From Cyanobacteria bacterium M_surface_10_m1_298 (lineage in GTDB: Bacteria; Cyanobacteriota; Cyanobacteriia; PCC-6307; Cyanobiaceae): a stretch of 64,000 nt of DNA. The stretch covers positions 386 through 64,385 of the forward strand of contig VGPT01000005.1 in the NCBI GenBank assembly GCA_016882485.1, in the 5' to 3' direction. The position numbers and the translations under genes were made by a program. Each line of letters opens with the position of its first letter. Position 1 is the stretch's first letter. Shown here piece by piece: positions 27,429-36,776 of the stretch. Below the pieces are notes generated by a model. That model saw nothing but the letters and a program-made list of their open reading frames with translations, was not told where the DNA came from and ran no database searches.

Positions 27429-27432
27429 CGGT

Positions 27433-30423
27433 CTAACCGTTATCCTGCTGGCGATAGAGAGCGTAATAGCGCCCCTTAAGAGCCATCAATTCATCATGCG
27501 TTCCAGTCTCAGCGATGGAACCTTGATGCATTAGAAGAATAATCTGTGCCCGTCGAATTGTATTGAGGCGATGGGTCACAAAAAACACGGTGCAGTCATG
27601 AAGATTGTCGAGCAACTCATGGCACAAACGTCTTTCTGTGTCGTAATCAAGGGCGCTTGTGGCCTCATCCATCACCAACAATTTAGGGCGACTGATCAAA
27701 GTGCGAGCAATAGCAATGCGCTGACGTTGACCGCCAGATAGGGCAGCGCCGCGCTCACCCAGCTGTGTACTGTAGCCATTTGAAAGCCCCATGATGAATT
27801 CATGGGCGCAAGCTAATTTTGCAGCTCGAACAATATCATCACTGCTGGCATCCGGATCTGTGAGTGCGATATTATCGTTGATCGTGCCAGAAAAGAGCAA
27901 AGGCTCCTGGGGAACAATACCAATTTGGCGGCGCAATGAATACAATTCAACTTTACTGATATCACAGTCATCAATCAATATGCGACCTGAATCTGGTGCG
28001 TATAAACGGGGCAGTAGCTTCATGAGCGTACTCTTTCCACTACCACTTTGGCCCACAATTCCAACAAAGGCTCCTGCTGGAATTTCGACGGAGACATTCT
28101 TCAGAACTGGGGGGTTATCACTGGAAAAGCTAAAACAGATTTCCTCGAATCGCACTGAACCTTCCATCGGTGGAAGCGGAATTTTGCCCTTGTCTGCCTC
28201 GTCGGATTCTTCCGGCGTATCCACAACATCCGCCAATCGTTCGAACGATACGCGAAGCTCTTGAATGTTCTGCCAAATCGTGGAAAGTCTGAGCAGGGGT
28301 TGGGTGACGTAACCGCTGATGATGCGGAAAGCAATCAACTGTCCCAAGGTCAGTTGGCCATCAAGAACGAGCGAAGCACCTACCCATAGGACCAACAGCT
28401 GAGACAGCTTCTGGAAAACCTGACTCGTCTCTGTCAAGGCTGTTCCAGTAATTGTTTTTTCAAATGTACGAGAAATGTATTTGGAGTAGAAATCCTGCCA
28501 TTTCCACCGGCTCACCATCTCTACATTCTGGGCTTTCACGGTTTGAATGCCGCTCAAAATCTCAACAAGATGACTCTGGGTTTTCGCATTTTCTTGAGCA
28601 ACGCTGCGGATCTGACGACGGAACAATGGAGCCCCTAGCAGAGTTAGAGACACTTGAATCGGAATCACTGCTAGTGATACAAATGTTAGCAGCCAGCTGT
28701 AGAGCACCATTACGACGATATAAATCACCGAAAAGGCTGCATCAAGCATGGTTGTGAGTGCTTGGCCGGTAAGAAAGCTGCGGATTTTCTCCAATTCAGC
28801 AACACGAGTTGCCAATTCACCAACGGGTCGACGATCAAAATAATTGAGTGGCAATCGCAAAAGGTGATCAATCACCTCAGCACCCAAACGCAGATCGATA
28901 CGGTTGGTGGTTTCCGTGAACAGAAAAGTACGCAGCGATCCAATCACACCCTCCAACAAGGTCACCACCACCAGTGCAATTCCGAGGATCTGCAGCGTAT
29001 CCATGCTGCGCTGGCTGATGACTTTATCAATAATGACCTGAATCAACAGGGGGTTGGCCAGGCCAAATAACTGCACAACAAATGAGGCCACCAGCACCTG
29101 CACCAATGCGCCTCGATGGCGCTTGAGTGCCGGCACAAACCAGCTGGGTCCGAAGCGCTGCTCCGGCGAGGATGCACTCTTATCCAACAACAACAACTGA
29201 ATGCCGTCTGGATAGTGTTCGGCAATCTGATCGGGCCTGAATTCCAGCCACCCCTCAGCGGGAGAGGCCAGGGTGATGCCGCGGTGATTGCTCTGAGTTA
29301 CCACTGCAAAACCATCACGCCACTCAACCAGGGCCGGCGTCTGCAATCGGGTCACCGCCGCCGCCGGGACACGCGCACCCGTGACATGGAGGCCCAGCAT
29401 GCTGGCCAGGTAGCCGCACAATTGCAAATCGGGGCGACCGGTGCGGCGCAACTTATCGCGCAGGATTTTTTCAATCGAATCGCGACGGAAGGGGAGCTCA
29501 AGCGCTTTAGCCAACATGGCAAAGCAAGCGAGCGTTTCATCCAACGGACCCTGGGCACGAATCAATTGCAGATTGCGGGATGGATCCCGTTGGCCCACAT
29601 CCAGGCTGGTGCTGAGCGGAACAAGTTCGGCATCCCCGGGCTGATCAGCGTCAGTGCCCAACGCAGCAACCGGCGGGAGTTCATCGGAATCAGCAGGGGA
29701 CAAAGGATCCGCAGAGTGCCCCCAGTGCTGCCGCAAATCGGCATCGGGAATGGCCACGACCCGCAGGGCGAAAGGGGGCCGGGGGGTGGCTTTCCAGTGC
29801 TGGGGGGTGCTGAGGGGGCTGCCCAGGGTTAATTCGGGATGGTTATCGCTCCCGAGCAGAGCCAGCTCACCGGGCTCGAGAGCGGAGGCGCCCTGCACTG
29901 CCGGGATCAGTCGAGCCGTCTGCGTGAGCTGCTGCAACAGGGCTCGGCGTTGCTGCCGATCCAGATGAAATGGAGTCGCCCGTAACCAGTGATCCTGCAG
30001 ATCAGCCAGTTCGGCGGGCTGGATCTGTTGATCACAGGCGGTGCGGAACGCCTCATCTTGCTGATAGCAATCAACAACCAGGGCATCCGGCAGGGCCATG
30101 GCCACGATCTCCGTAGCCGCCGTGACGTGCTCGCAGGGACACGCCCGCAACAGAGACGCTAGGCCCACAACGGCGCCAGGGCCGAATTTTCCGAGGGTGA
30201 AGAGCTCCTCAGACTGGGCGGGTAACAGCCGGGCTTCACCCTCCACGATCACCAAAACCTGGTGAGCAATCGTTTCAGGATCAGCCAAGAACTGGCCAAC
30301 CCGATAACGCATCAGCTGATGTTCGCGCTGCAGACGCTGTCGATTCTCCTCAGAGAGGCTTGCGAAGGGCTCGGGCAACGCAAAGCGCACCTGGGTCGAT
30401 GACTCAGCGGGGGACGAAGGCAT
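27433..30423 (-). CDS. Type I secretion ABC transporter (HlyB family; cNMP-like + C39-like + TMD + ATPase)
   Basis: Walker A GQSGSGKST, signature LSGGQRQR, Walker B LVMDEATSALD. TMD region LANPLLIQVIIDKV...RPVGEL. The C39-like segment (DETLACF) lacks the catalytic Cys. Confidence 0.95.
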   Translation of the reverse strand: MPSSPAESSTQVRFALPEPFASLSEENRQRLQREHQLMRYRVGQFLADPETIAHQVLVIVEGEARLLPAQSEELFTLGKFGPGAVVGLASLLRACPCEHVTAATEIVAMALPDALVVDCYQQDEAFRTACDQQIQPAELADLQDHWLRATPFHLDRQQRRALLQQLTQTARLIPAVQGASALEPGELALLGSDNHPELTLGSPLSTPQHWKATPRPPFALRVVAIPDADLRQHWGHSADPLSPADSDELPPVAALGTDADQPGDAELVPLSTSLDVGQRDPSRNLQLIRAQGPLDETLACFAMLAKALELPFRRDSIEKILRDKLRRTGRPDLQLCGYLASMLGLHVTGARVPAAAVTRLQTPALVEWRDGFAVVTQSNHRGITLASPAEGWLEFRPDQIAEHYPDGIQLLLLDKSASSPEQRFGPSWFVPALKRHRGALVQVLVASFVVQLFGLANPLLIQVIIDKVISQRSMDTLQILGIALVVVTLLEGVIGSLRTFLFTETTNRIDLRLGAEVIDHLLRLPLNYFDRRPVGELATRVAELEKIRSFLTGQALTTMLDAAFSVIYIVVMVLYSWLLTFVSLAVIPIQVSLTLLGAPLFRRQIRSVAQENAKTQSHLVEILSGIQTVKAQNVEMVSRWKWQDFYSKYISRTFEKTITGTALTETSQVFQKLSQLLVLWVGASLVLDGQLTLGQLIAFRIISGYVTQPLLRLSTIWQNIQELRVSFERLADVVDTPEESDEADKGKIPLPPMEGSVRFEEICFSFSSDNPPVLKNVSVEIPAGAFVGIVGQSGSGKSTLMKLLPRLYAPDSGRILIDDCDISKVELYSLRRQIGIVPQEPLLFSGTINDNIALTDPDASSDDIVRAAKLACAHEFIMGLSNGYSTQLGERGAALSGGQRQRIAIARTLISRPKLLVMDEATSALDYDTERRLCHELLDNLHDCTVFFVTHRLNTIRRAQIILLMHQGSIAETGTHDELMALKGRYYALYRQQDNG

Positions 30424-30480
30424 ACTGCAGGGATCAAGAATTCAAACGGAAGGTCGACCGCTTAAGGGCTGGAACGCTAT

Positions 30481-31284
30481 TCATGAACCTGCAACTATGC
30501 GTTGCAGCCTAGAGGGAATCTGTTCCTCAACCCACTCCTGAAACAGTTCCTGAGCGAGCTGTAACTGCAGATCCTCGTCGAGGGTGGCTGGGGTATAGGA
30601 CTCCAGTCGGACCACCAACCACCAATCGGAGATGCGGATCGGTTGACGCAACTGTCCCGGACGCGATGTGCGCAACAATTCCGCAAGGGCGGGGTGCGCC
30701 TGCAACAGCGGCACTGGGCCCACCACACCGTTGGTGGCCCGCTCCGGTCCCAGGGCATAGGTGGCGGCTAAGTCCGCGAAGGAGGCCTCTCCCTCAGCGA
30801 TACGGAGATACAGCTCGCGGGCCAAATGCGCCTCCTTCACGCGAAGCAGGCTGTAGATCACCCGATCCAGGCGGGTCTTGCGCTCCAGAAAACGGGTTTC
30901 CGCCTTCGGGAGGTAGTGCTCACGGCAATGGCGCTCAATCCTCAAGGGCAGCTCGGCCTGCCAAACGGGGTCATCGGGCTGCAGGCCATGGCTGAGCGCA
31001 TGGCGCTGGATGGCTTCAGGCTCGGGTTCAAGCTCCCGGGCTTCACACCACTCGAGCAGAGCTTGCTTCTGCTCATCCTCTGTGAGCGCAATCGATGCAA
31101 CGGCCTCAGCGATGACCAACTGGCGCAAGTAGGCATCCAGCAAGCCATGGCGGGCCAAATCGCTCGCTGCAATGCCAATCCGCGGGTTGGCGGTCAGCGG
31201 CGGGGCGTTTCGCGGGCGCAGAGTGATGGGTGGAGTGGCGCTGAGCTCAATATCCAAGGAACGGGCTTCTGGGTCTGCGGACAT
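30481..31284 (-). CDS. Parvulin/PpiC-type peptidyl-prolyl isomerase associated with the T1SS
   Basis: RVIYSLLRV...ELYLRIAEGEASFADLA..Y..GPE....G..GPV...HPALAE; first gene of the cyanobacterial PPIase-ABC-MFP operon. Confidence 0.85.
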   Translation of the reverse strand: MSADPEARSLDIELSATPPITLRPRNAPPLTANPRIGIAASDLARHGLLDAYLRQLVIAEAVASIALTEDEQKQALLEWCEARELEPEPEAIQRHALSHGLQPDDPVWQAELPLRIERHCREHYLPKAETRFLERKTRLDRVIYSLLRVKEAHLARELYLRIAEGEASFADLAATYALGPERATNGVVGPVPLLQAHPALAELLRTSRPGQLRQPIRISDWWLVVRLESYTPATLDEDLQLQLAQELFQEWVEEQIPSRLQRIVAGS

Positions 31285-31372
31285 TCATGGAGGCTCCTGG
31301 TGGACCTCCATCGGCATCGCCCCGACTCTAAGGTCAACTGGCATCGGTCCTGCAATCAGGGAACCTTCTGCC

Positions 31373-32845
31373 ATGGGTCAGGCCTCCACACTCCGCCTTG
31401 CTGAGCTGACCGGTGCGCTGGCGCACAGCCTGGACGGCTCCAACAGCTTCCGCTGGAACTATCCCCATGTGATGGGGTTGTCTCCAACCTCCACGGCCGG
31501 GCTAGGGAGTGGCGTGACCCTCACCTATAGCTTTCTGGAGCAGGCCCCGCCAGACCGGCCGGCTGTTCCGGGTTTCACACCCTTCCCTCAATCTTACCGC
31601 AGTGCCACAAGGGCCGTTCTAGAGCAGCTCAGCCGCATCGCCCAGGTGACCTTTGTGGAAATCGAGGGCAACCGGGGGCAATTGCGGTACGGACTCCACC
31701 CACAACCGACGGCGGCTGGTTATGCCTCGCCGGCCAGTTATCGCGTGAGCACGCAGGCGGGCCTGGTGATCAACCTGGAGGAAATGGCTGAGGGCGGGGA
31801 TGTCTGGCTGAACAGCAACGTGAGCTATGACACCCCTGCGTTGAAGGCGGGCGGCAAGGGCTTTCAAACCCTTCTGCATGAAACCCTCCACAGCCTTGGG
31901 CTGAAGCACCCCTTTGAAGGAACGCAGCTCTTGGAGCCAGTCGATGACCACTGGCTCACCACGGTGATGAGCTACACCCCTCCGGAGGACAACAAACGCA
32001 TCCAGGTCAGTGGCGACCCCGTCACGGGATGGTCCTGGACGCTGGAGGAGCTCAGCATGGGGACGCCGATGCTGGGGGACATCGCGGCCCTCCAGGCCCT
32101 TTATGGGCCCAACCGCAGCACCGGTGCAGGCAACAGCACCTACCGCTGGGAACTGGATGCCATTCGCCGCGAAACCCTCTGGGATGGCAGCGGCAAAGAC
32201 ACCATCGACGCCTCAAACCAGACCGAACCCTGCCGGATCGATCTGCGGGAGGGCAGCCTGAGCTCTATCGGTGTCCGTACCGACCCGGCGGCCATCGCAG
32301 CGCTGCATCGGGTGCCCGCCAATTTCCCGTTGGAGCACCTACCCACCGGGCTGTACACAGGCACCAACAACCTCAGCATTGCCTTCGGCTGCCTGATTGA
32401 ACAGGCCAACGGCGGACTGGCTGATGATGTCTTGATCGGAAATGCCTTAGGCAACAACCTCAGCGGGGGGCCAGGGGCAGATACCCTAACCGGCGGGGCG
32501 GGCAAGGACAGCTTTGTGCTCAAGCGCCTCAGCGACTCCCTGATCTCCGCCCCGGATCGGATCACCGACTACGGGAGCGGCGACCGGATTGATGCACCCG
32601 GGGGACAGCGGCGACCAGATGGGGGCCAATGGTCCAAGCCAGTGGAACTGAAGCAGCTGAATGCCACCACCCTGGCGGGTATGGCGCTGGCCCCGAATGG
32701 CCTGCGAGCCTTCAAGCTGGCAGGGAAAGACAGTGTTTACCTGCTGATCGGCGATCAGAAGCCTGGTTTTCAACCGGACAGGGACGCGGTGGTGGAACTT
32801 TCCGGGCTCGCGGACAGCGCCATCGGTGGGATTCAAGTGATTTGA
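31373..32845 (+). CDS. Serralysin-like M10B metalloprotease
   Basis: HETLHSLGLKH zinc motif, Met-turn TVMSY, DIAALQALYG, WDGSGKDTID, GGPGADTLTGGAGKD. ATG at 31373 preferred over 31172. Confidence 0.9.
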   Translation: MGQASTLRLAELTGALAHSLDGSNSFRWNYPHVMGLSPTSTAGLGSGVTLTYSFLEQAPPDRPAVPGFTPFPQSYRSATRAVLEQLSRIAQVTFVEIEGNRGQLRYGLHPQPTAAGYASPASYRVSTQAGLVINLEEMAEGGDVWLNSNVSYDTPALKAGGKGFQTLLHETLHSLGLKHPFEGTQLLEPVDDHWLTTVMSYTPPEDNKRIQVSGDPVTGWSWTLEELSMGTPMLGDIAALQALYGPNRSTGAGNSTYRWELDAIRRETLWDGSGKDTIDASNQTEPCRIDLREGSLSSIGVRTDPAAIAALHRVPANFPLEHLPTGLYTGTNNLSIAFGCLIEQANGGLADDVLIGNALGNNLSGGPGADTLTGGAGKDSFVLKRLSDSLISAPDRITDYGSGDRIDAPGGQRRPDGGQWSKPVELKQLNATTLAGMALAPNGLRAFKLAGKDSVYLLIGDQKPGFQPDRDAVVELSGLADSAIGGIQVI

Positions 32846-32872
32846 CGGCAGGGCCTGGGGACCCAGCCGGTG

Positions 32873-34027
32873 TCAGAACAGGGCGGGGCCTGCGACAGGC
32901 CTCTGCATGAGCTGTTGGAAGAGCGTCTCCAGCCGCTGAGCACTGCGGGCTGGGGCATAAAGACGCCTGGAATCGTTTTGAGCTCGCCTTCCCAACCTCT
33001 GCAGCTTGGTTCGATCGTGGATGCAGGCGGTGAGGACATCCGCCAGGGCCTGGGGATCCCCGGGCGGTACCAACAGACCGTTGGTGCCGTGGGTGATCAC
33101 CTCGAAAGCACCTCCAACGCCTGAACTGATGGGCACGCAGGCGCAGGCCATGGCCTCCGCCACCACCATGCCAAAGGCTTCCGGATACAGGGAGGGGAAC
33201 ACCAGCACATCCCACTGCTGATAGAGGTCAGGCAACTGCTCAGGCTGCGCAAATCCCAACCAGCGCACGCATGGGTCCAACCCGTAGCGATGGGCGGCCT
33301 GTTTGAGCTCCAAGTCGAAACCGGGGGTGAAAGGCTTGCCAGCAAACACCAACTCGAAAGGCAAACGGCGCTCGAGCAACACATGGGCTGCGTCCAACAA
33401 CACCTGTGGCCCTTTGCTGGGCATCAGCAAGCCGCTGAAACCAATCTGAAGGGCCGGGGCAGGGCAGCGTGAGGGCACGCATGGATCCAGGTAGCTCAGG
33501 TCCAGGGGGGGATGCACCACAGCATCAGCCTCCGTGGCAAAGCCGTGGCGGCGAAGCTCGCGGGCCACCTCGGCGGAAGCCGTGGCCATGCGGTAAGGAC
33601 CACTCGGCAAGAGCGGTCGGGGGAATGGAGGCGAGAGAAATCCCACGTGTTGCACGGTGGGCACCCCCGCAGCCATCAATTGCTGCAGGGGCTCGAGACC
33701 GAGAAGGTCCAGGTTGCCAAGCAGGCAGGCATCTGGGCGCCACTCCTGGAGTATGGCCGCCAAAGTGGTGTGGTTATGCCGACGCAGACCATCCAGCTCG
33801 GGGCCAGGCGGATGGTGCTGAATGCCATTTTGATAGGTGCCCAAGAGCCTCAACTGGCGCATCACCGCCTGGTCGCCGCCGCAGGGGCCCAGATAGGCCT
33901 GATCAGTGCTCAACACGCGACATTGCCAACCACGACGGGCCATGGCTGCGGTGAGTCGTTCCAGCGCCACTCCAAACCCGCCCAGGTGTTGGGGGGGGTA
34001 CAGGTTGGTCAGGGTGAGCAGACGCAT
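32873..34027 (-). CDS. Glycosyltransferase family 4
   Basis: LTNLYPPQHLGG, KGPQVLL, VFPSLYPEAFGMVVAEAMACACVPI. Confidence 0.9.
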   Translation of the reverse strand: MRLLTLTNLYPPQHLGGFGVALERLTAAMARRGWQCRVLSTDQAYLGPCGGDQAVMRQLRLLGTYQNGIQHHPPGPELDGLRRHNHTTLAAILQEWRPDACLLGNLDLLGLEPLQQLMAAGVPTVQHVGFLSPPFPRPLLPSGPYRMATASAEVARELRRHGFATEADAVVHPPLDLSYLDPCVPSRCPAPALQIGFSGLLMPSKGPQVLLDAAHVLLERRLPFELVFAGKPFTPGFDLELKQAAHRYGLDPCVRWLGFAQPEQLPDLYQQWDVLVFPSLYPEAFGMVVAEAMACACVPISSGVGGAFEVITHGTNGLLVPPGDPQALADVLTACIHDRTKLQRLGRRAQNDSRRLYAPARSAQRLETLFQQLMQRPVAGPALF

Positions 34028-34041
34028 CGACAGGCCGCCTT

Positions 34042-35412
34042 TCAGACGCTGGAGAGCAGCTGTTCGGCCTTTAATCCCGCCAGGCCGGTGGCGTTAACCA
34101 GTTCAATGGCGAAATCAAATTGGTTGTCACCATTAGTATCAGCCTTAAAAACAGTCCCGTCTAAGACATAGGCCACTGCGGGCGGAACGATCTGCAGGCG
34201 GTCGCCCTCGAGATAATTGAAATCGAGGATGCGATCCTGCTGGCTGCCCAGAACGCTATCGCTCCAGCGTTGGTACCGAAAGCGATCGGCGCCAGCGCCG
34301 CCGGAAAGCTGATCAGCTCCGCCAGCACCGATCAACAAATCGTCCCCATCCCCACCGGTGAGGGAGTTGGCGGCCGAATTGCCGATGAGCCGATCAGCGG
34401 CGGAGCCGCCCACCGCAGCCTCAATGACGCAAAGGTTGGCAGGCCGTTGCAATTCGACTCCATTCCAATCATGGGCGATAGTGAAGCCGCCGTAAATGCC
34501 TTTGACCCGACTGGGAAAACCACCGGCGTTGCGGTTCTGGCCCAAGGTGGCGCTGCGAAGATCAATGCGAACGGATTGCGTTGCATCACTACCGTCAATC
34601 GTGTCCCAGCCGCCGGCATCCCAGATCGAAACCCACCCCGTGCCTTCCTGATTCGTCATCGGAAGTCTGTAAAGGTCATCACCGATGGCAGCATCAGCAT
34701 TGATGCCGTAAAGCCATTGCAATGCCGCAATATCCAAAGCCCCGGGGGTCTGCAGGAACCCGTAATCAGCCTTGGAAGTGGGGACATATCCGTTGCGTGC
34801 TCCCTCATCGACGTAAGTCAACTGTGTGTAGGGATGAGCATTCTGAGCATAACTACCACTATCGGTGGAGACTGAACTCTTGGGGGTTAGCCCAGGAAAT
34901 CGTGGATTACCGAGAGTACCCTTATCGTGGGGGTGCTTGAGGCCAACAGCGTGGCTAAGCTCATGCAAGAACGTGATGAAAAAGTAACTGCCAGCCGCAA
35001 TAGAGCCTTTGTAGGTTCCGTCCGCCTTTTGATAATATGTCCAGTTGATACCTATCATCCCTTCTTCGTCGCCGCCACCAGGCAGGTAGGCAAATCCTAA
35101 AGCATCATCTGAATCTTTTTGATCTAGATTATAGAGCCAAATTTCTACGTCTTCAGCATTGTTAAGACCTCGATCTTCAAATCTCAAACTACAGACCAAC
35201 TCAATGGCGTTAAAAGCGATATCAAGAGCCTCAATTTCAGGTTCGCTCCAACCCCAGGAACGCCAGCCGTAGAATTTGCCGACAGTTTCATCAATGAATG
35301 TGTATCCGATGGATGGCCTTTGCGCCGTGGTGCCCCAGCGATAACCATCCACAAGACCATCAATCCAGGCGTTGCCAGACTTCTGCACGCGGACAGGGTC
35401 GGCATAAACCAT
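34042..35412 (-). CDS. Serralysin-like M10B metalloprotease (Met-turn Leu variant)
   Basis: HELSHAVGLKH, DIAALQWLYG, IWDAGGWDTID, GGDGDDLLIGAGGADQLSGGAGAD. YTQLTY occupies the Met-turn position. Confidence 0.88.
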   Translation of the reverse strand: MVYADPVRVQKSGNAWIDGLVDGYRWGTTAQRPSIGYTFIDETVGKFYGWRSWGWSEPEIEALDIAFNAIELVCSLRFEDRGLNNAEDVEIWLYNLDQKDSDDALGFAYLPGGGDEEGMIGINWTYYQKADGTYKGSIAAGSYFFITFLHELSHAVGLKHPHDKGTLGNPRFPGLTPKSSVSTDSGSYAQNAHPYTQLTYVDEGARNGYVPTSKADYGFLQTPGALDIAALQWLYGINADAAIGDDLYRLPMTNQEGTGWVSIWDAGGWDTIDGSDATQSVRIDLRSATLGQNRNAGGFPSRVKGIYGGFTIAHDWNGVELQRPANLCVIEAAVGGSAADRLIGNSAANSLTGGDGDDLLIGAGGADQLSGGAGADRFRYQRWSDSVLGSQQDRILDFNYLEGDRLQIVPPAVAYVLDGTVFKADTNGDNQFDFAIELVNATGLAGLKAEQLLSSV

Positions 35413-35555
35413 GGCTCAAGCGGCCTACGGCCGAACCGTAAGAGACCTCCAAAGTCTAGGGAGGGGTCGCTCAGGCACCATGCTGCCGTGGGCACCAATT
35501 GACTAAGCGCCCACTCACGCAAAGAGGTATCCATGCCTGTGTTTAAGGTCTTTGG

Positions 35556-36776
35556 ATGCGAACGATCGGGGTGGTTCTGGCCAGCGCCATTGGCATGGCC
35601 CAAATCGGAGTAGCGTCCGAGGCGCTAGCCGCGAGCCCAAGGCCGGCAAAATCGCCAGTTCACGGCTCGACACGACCGCAACAACGGGAGGCGAATCTGT
35701 CCAGAAGCCTAGTAGCTGAATCTTACGTGCTAGGCCCTGGGGATGGGCTGCAGATTGAACTTCTCGATATCCCTGAGTTCAGTGGGGTATTTAGCGTCGG
35801 CCCCGACGGAACCATGTATCTACCGAGGTTGAGGGCGCTGTATGTCGAAGGCCTCACGCTTGAAGAACTGCGATTCTTCCTCATTAATCAATTTAAAACG
35901 TTTGTCAAAAATCCCCAGATCTATATTAAACCCACTTCATACAGGCCCATTCGGATTTACGTGGGCGGTGAAGTCAGACGTCCGGGCTATTACACACTCC
36001 GTGGTATTGACACCCTTGCTAACGAATCCTTGTCGGACCGCCCTGCGCAGGTAAGCCAAAACCTACGGTCCGCGGAATTCAATACAGACGCCAGTCCAAT
36101 GCGAGCCTCGAGCTCGAATAGCCAGCTAGGCGCGAGCTCGGATAGCAACAAGCAAGCTTTCCCAACGGTCTTTGACGCTATCAGGGCGGCGCAGGGCATC
36201 AGTCCTTTTTCAGATCTCAGCCAAGTTCAGGTGACACGCAAGCAGCCCCTAAGCGCAGGTGGTGGACGCATGCGCACGACCCTCAATTTCATCTCATTGA
36301 TCACAGAGGGTGATGAGTCACAAAACATTCGCCTATTTGATGGCGACGTGATCAGCGTTGGCAAAAGCAGTGTTGTCTTGAGGGAGCAATTAATCCGTGC
36401 AGGCAGAACAAATTTAAGCCCTCAGTTCATCGATGTGTTTGTTACTGGGCGGGTCAATATGCCTGGTGCTGTCACATTACAACAGGGTTCATCTTTAAAT
36501 CAAGCCATCAGTGTCGCTGGCGGCGTAAAGCTGTTACGTGGGAAGGTTGAGTTCCTGCGCTTTCTCAGTGACGGCAAAACTGATCGCCGAACATTCAATT
36601 ACAACCCATCTGCCTCTTCTGATACCTACCCAAATCCCATATTAGCCGCAGGTGACATTATCCGTATCAATGATAGCGCCCTGTCGGCAGGCATTGGTGC
36701 CCTCAACGAAGTGGCATCTCCACTACTGGGTTTGTATTCCATTTATGCCCTGAGTAACGGGGCCTTCGGACGTTGA
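35556..36776 (+). CDS. Polysaccharide export outer-membrane protein (Wza/SLBB family)
   Basis: YVLGPGD.LQI...PDGTMYLP..G/R.LYVEGLTLEEL (Poly_export domain), YVGGEVRRPG.Y, and VTGRVNMPG (SLBB). Confidence 0.88.
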   Translation: MRTIGVVLASAIGMAQIGVASEALAASPRPAKSPVHGSTRPQQREANLSRSLVAESYVLGPGDGLQIELLDIPEFSGVFSVGPDGTMYLPRLRALYVEGLTLEELRFFLINQFKTFVKNPQIYIKPTSYRPIRIYVGGEVRRPGYYTLRGIDTLANESLSDRPAQVSQNLRSAEFNTDASPMRASSSNSQLGASSDSNKQAFPTVFDAIRAAQGISPFSDLSQVQVTRKQPLSAGGGRMRTTLNFISLITEGDESQNIRLFDGDVISVGKSSVVLREQLIRAGRTNLSPQFIDVFVTGRVNMPGAVTLQQGSSLNQAISVAGGVKLLRGKVEFLRFLSDGKTDRRTFNYNPSASSDTYPNPILAAGDIIRINDSALSAGIGALNEVASPLLGLYSIYALSNGAFGR

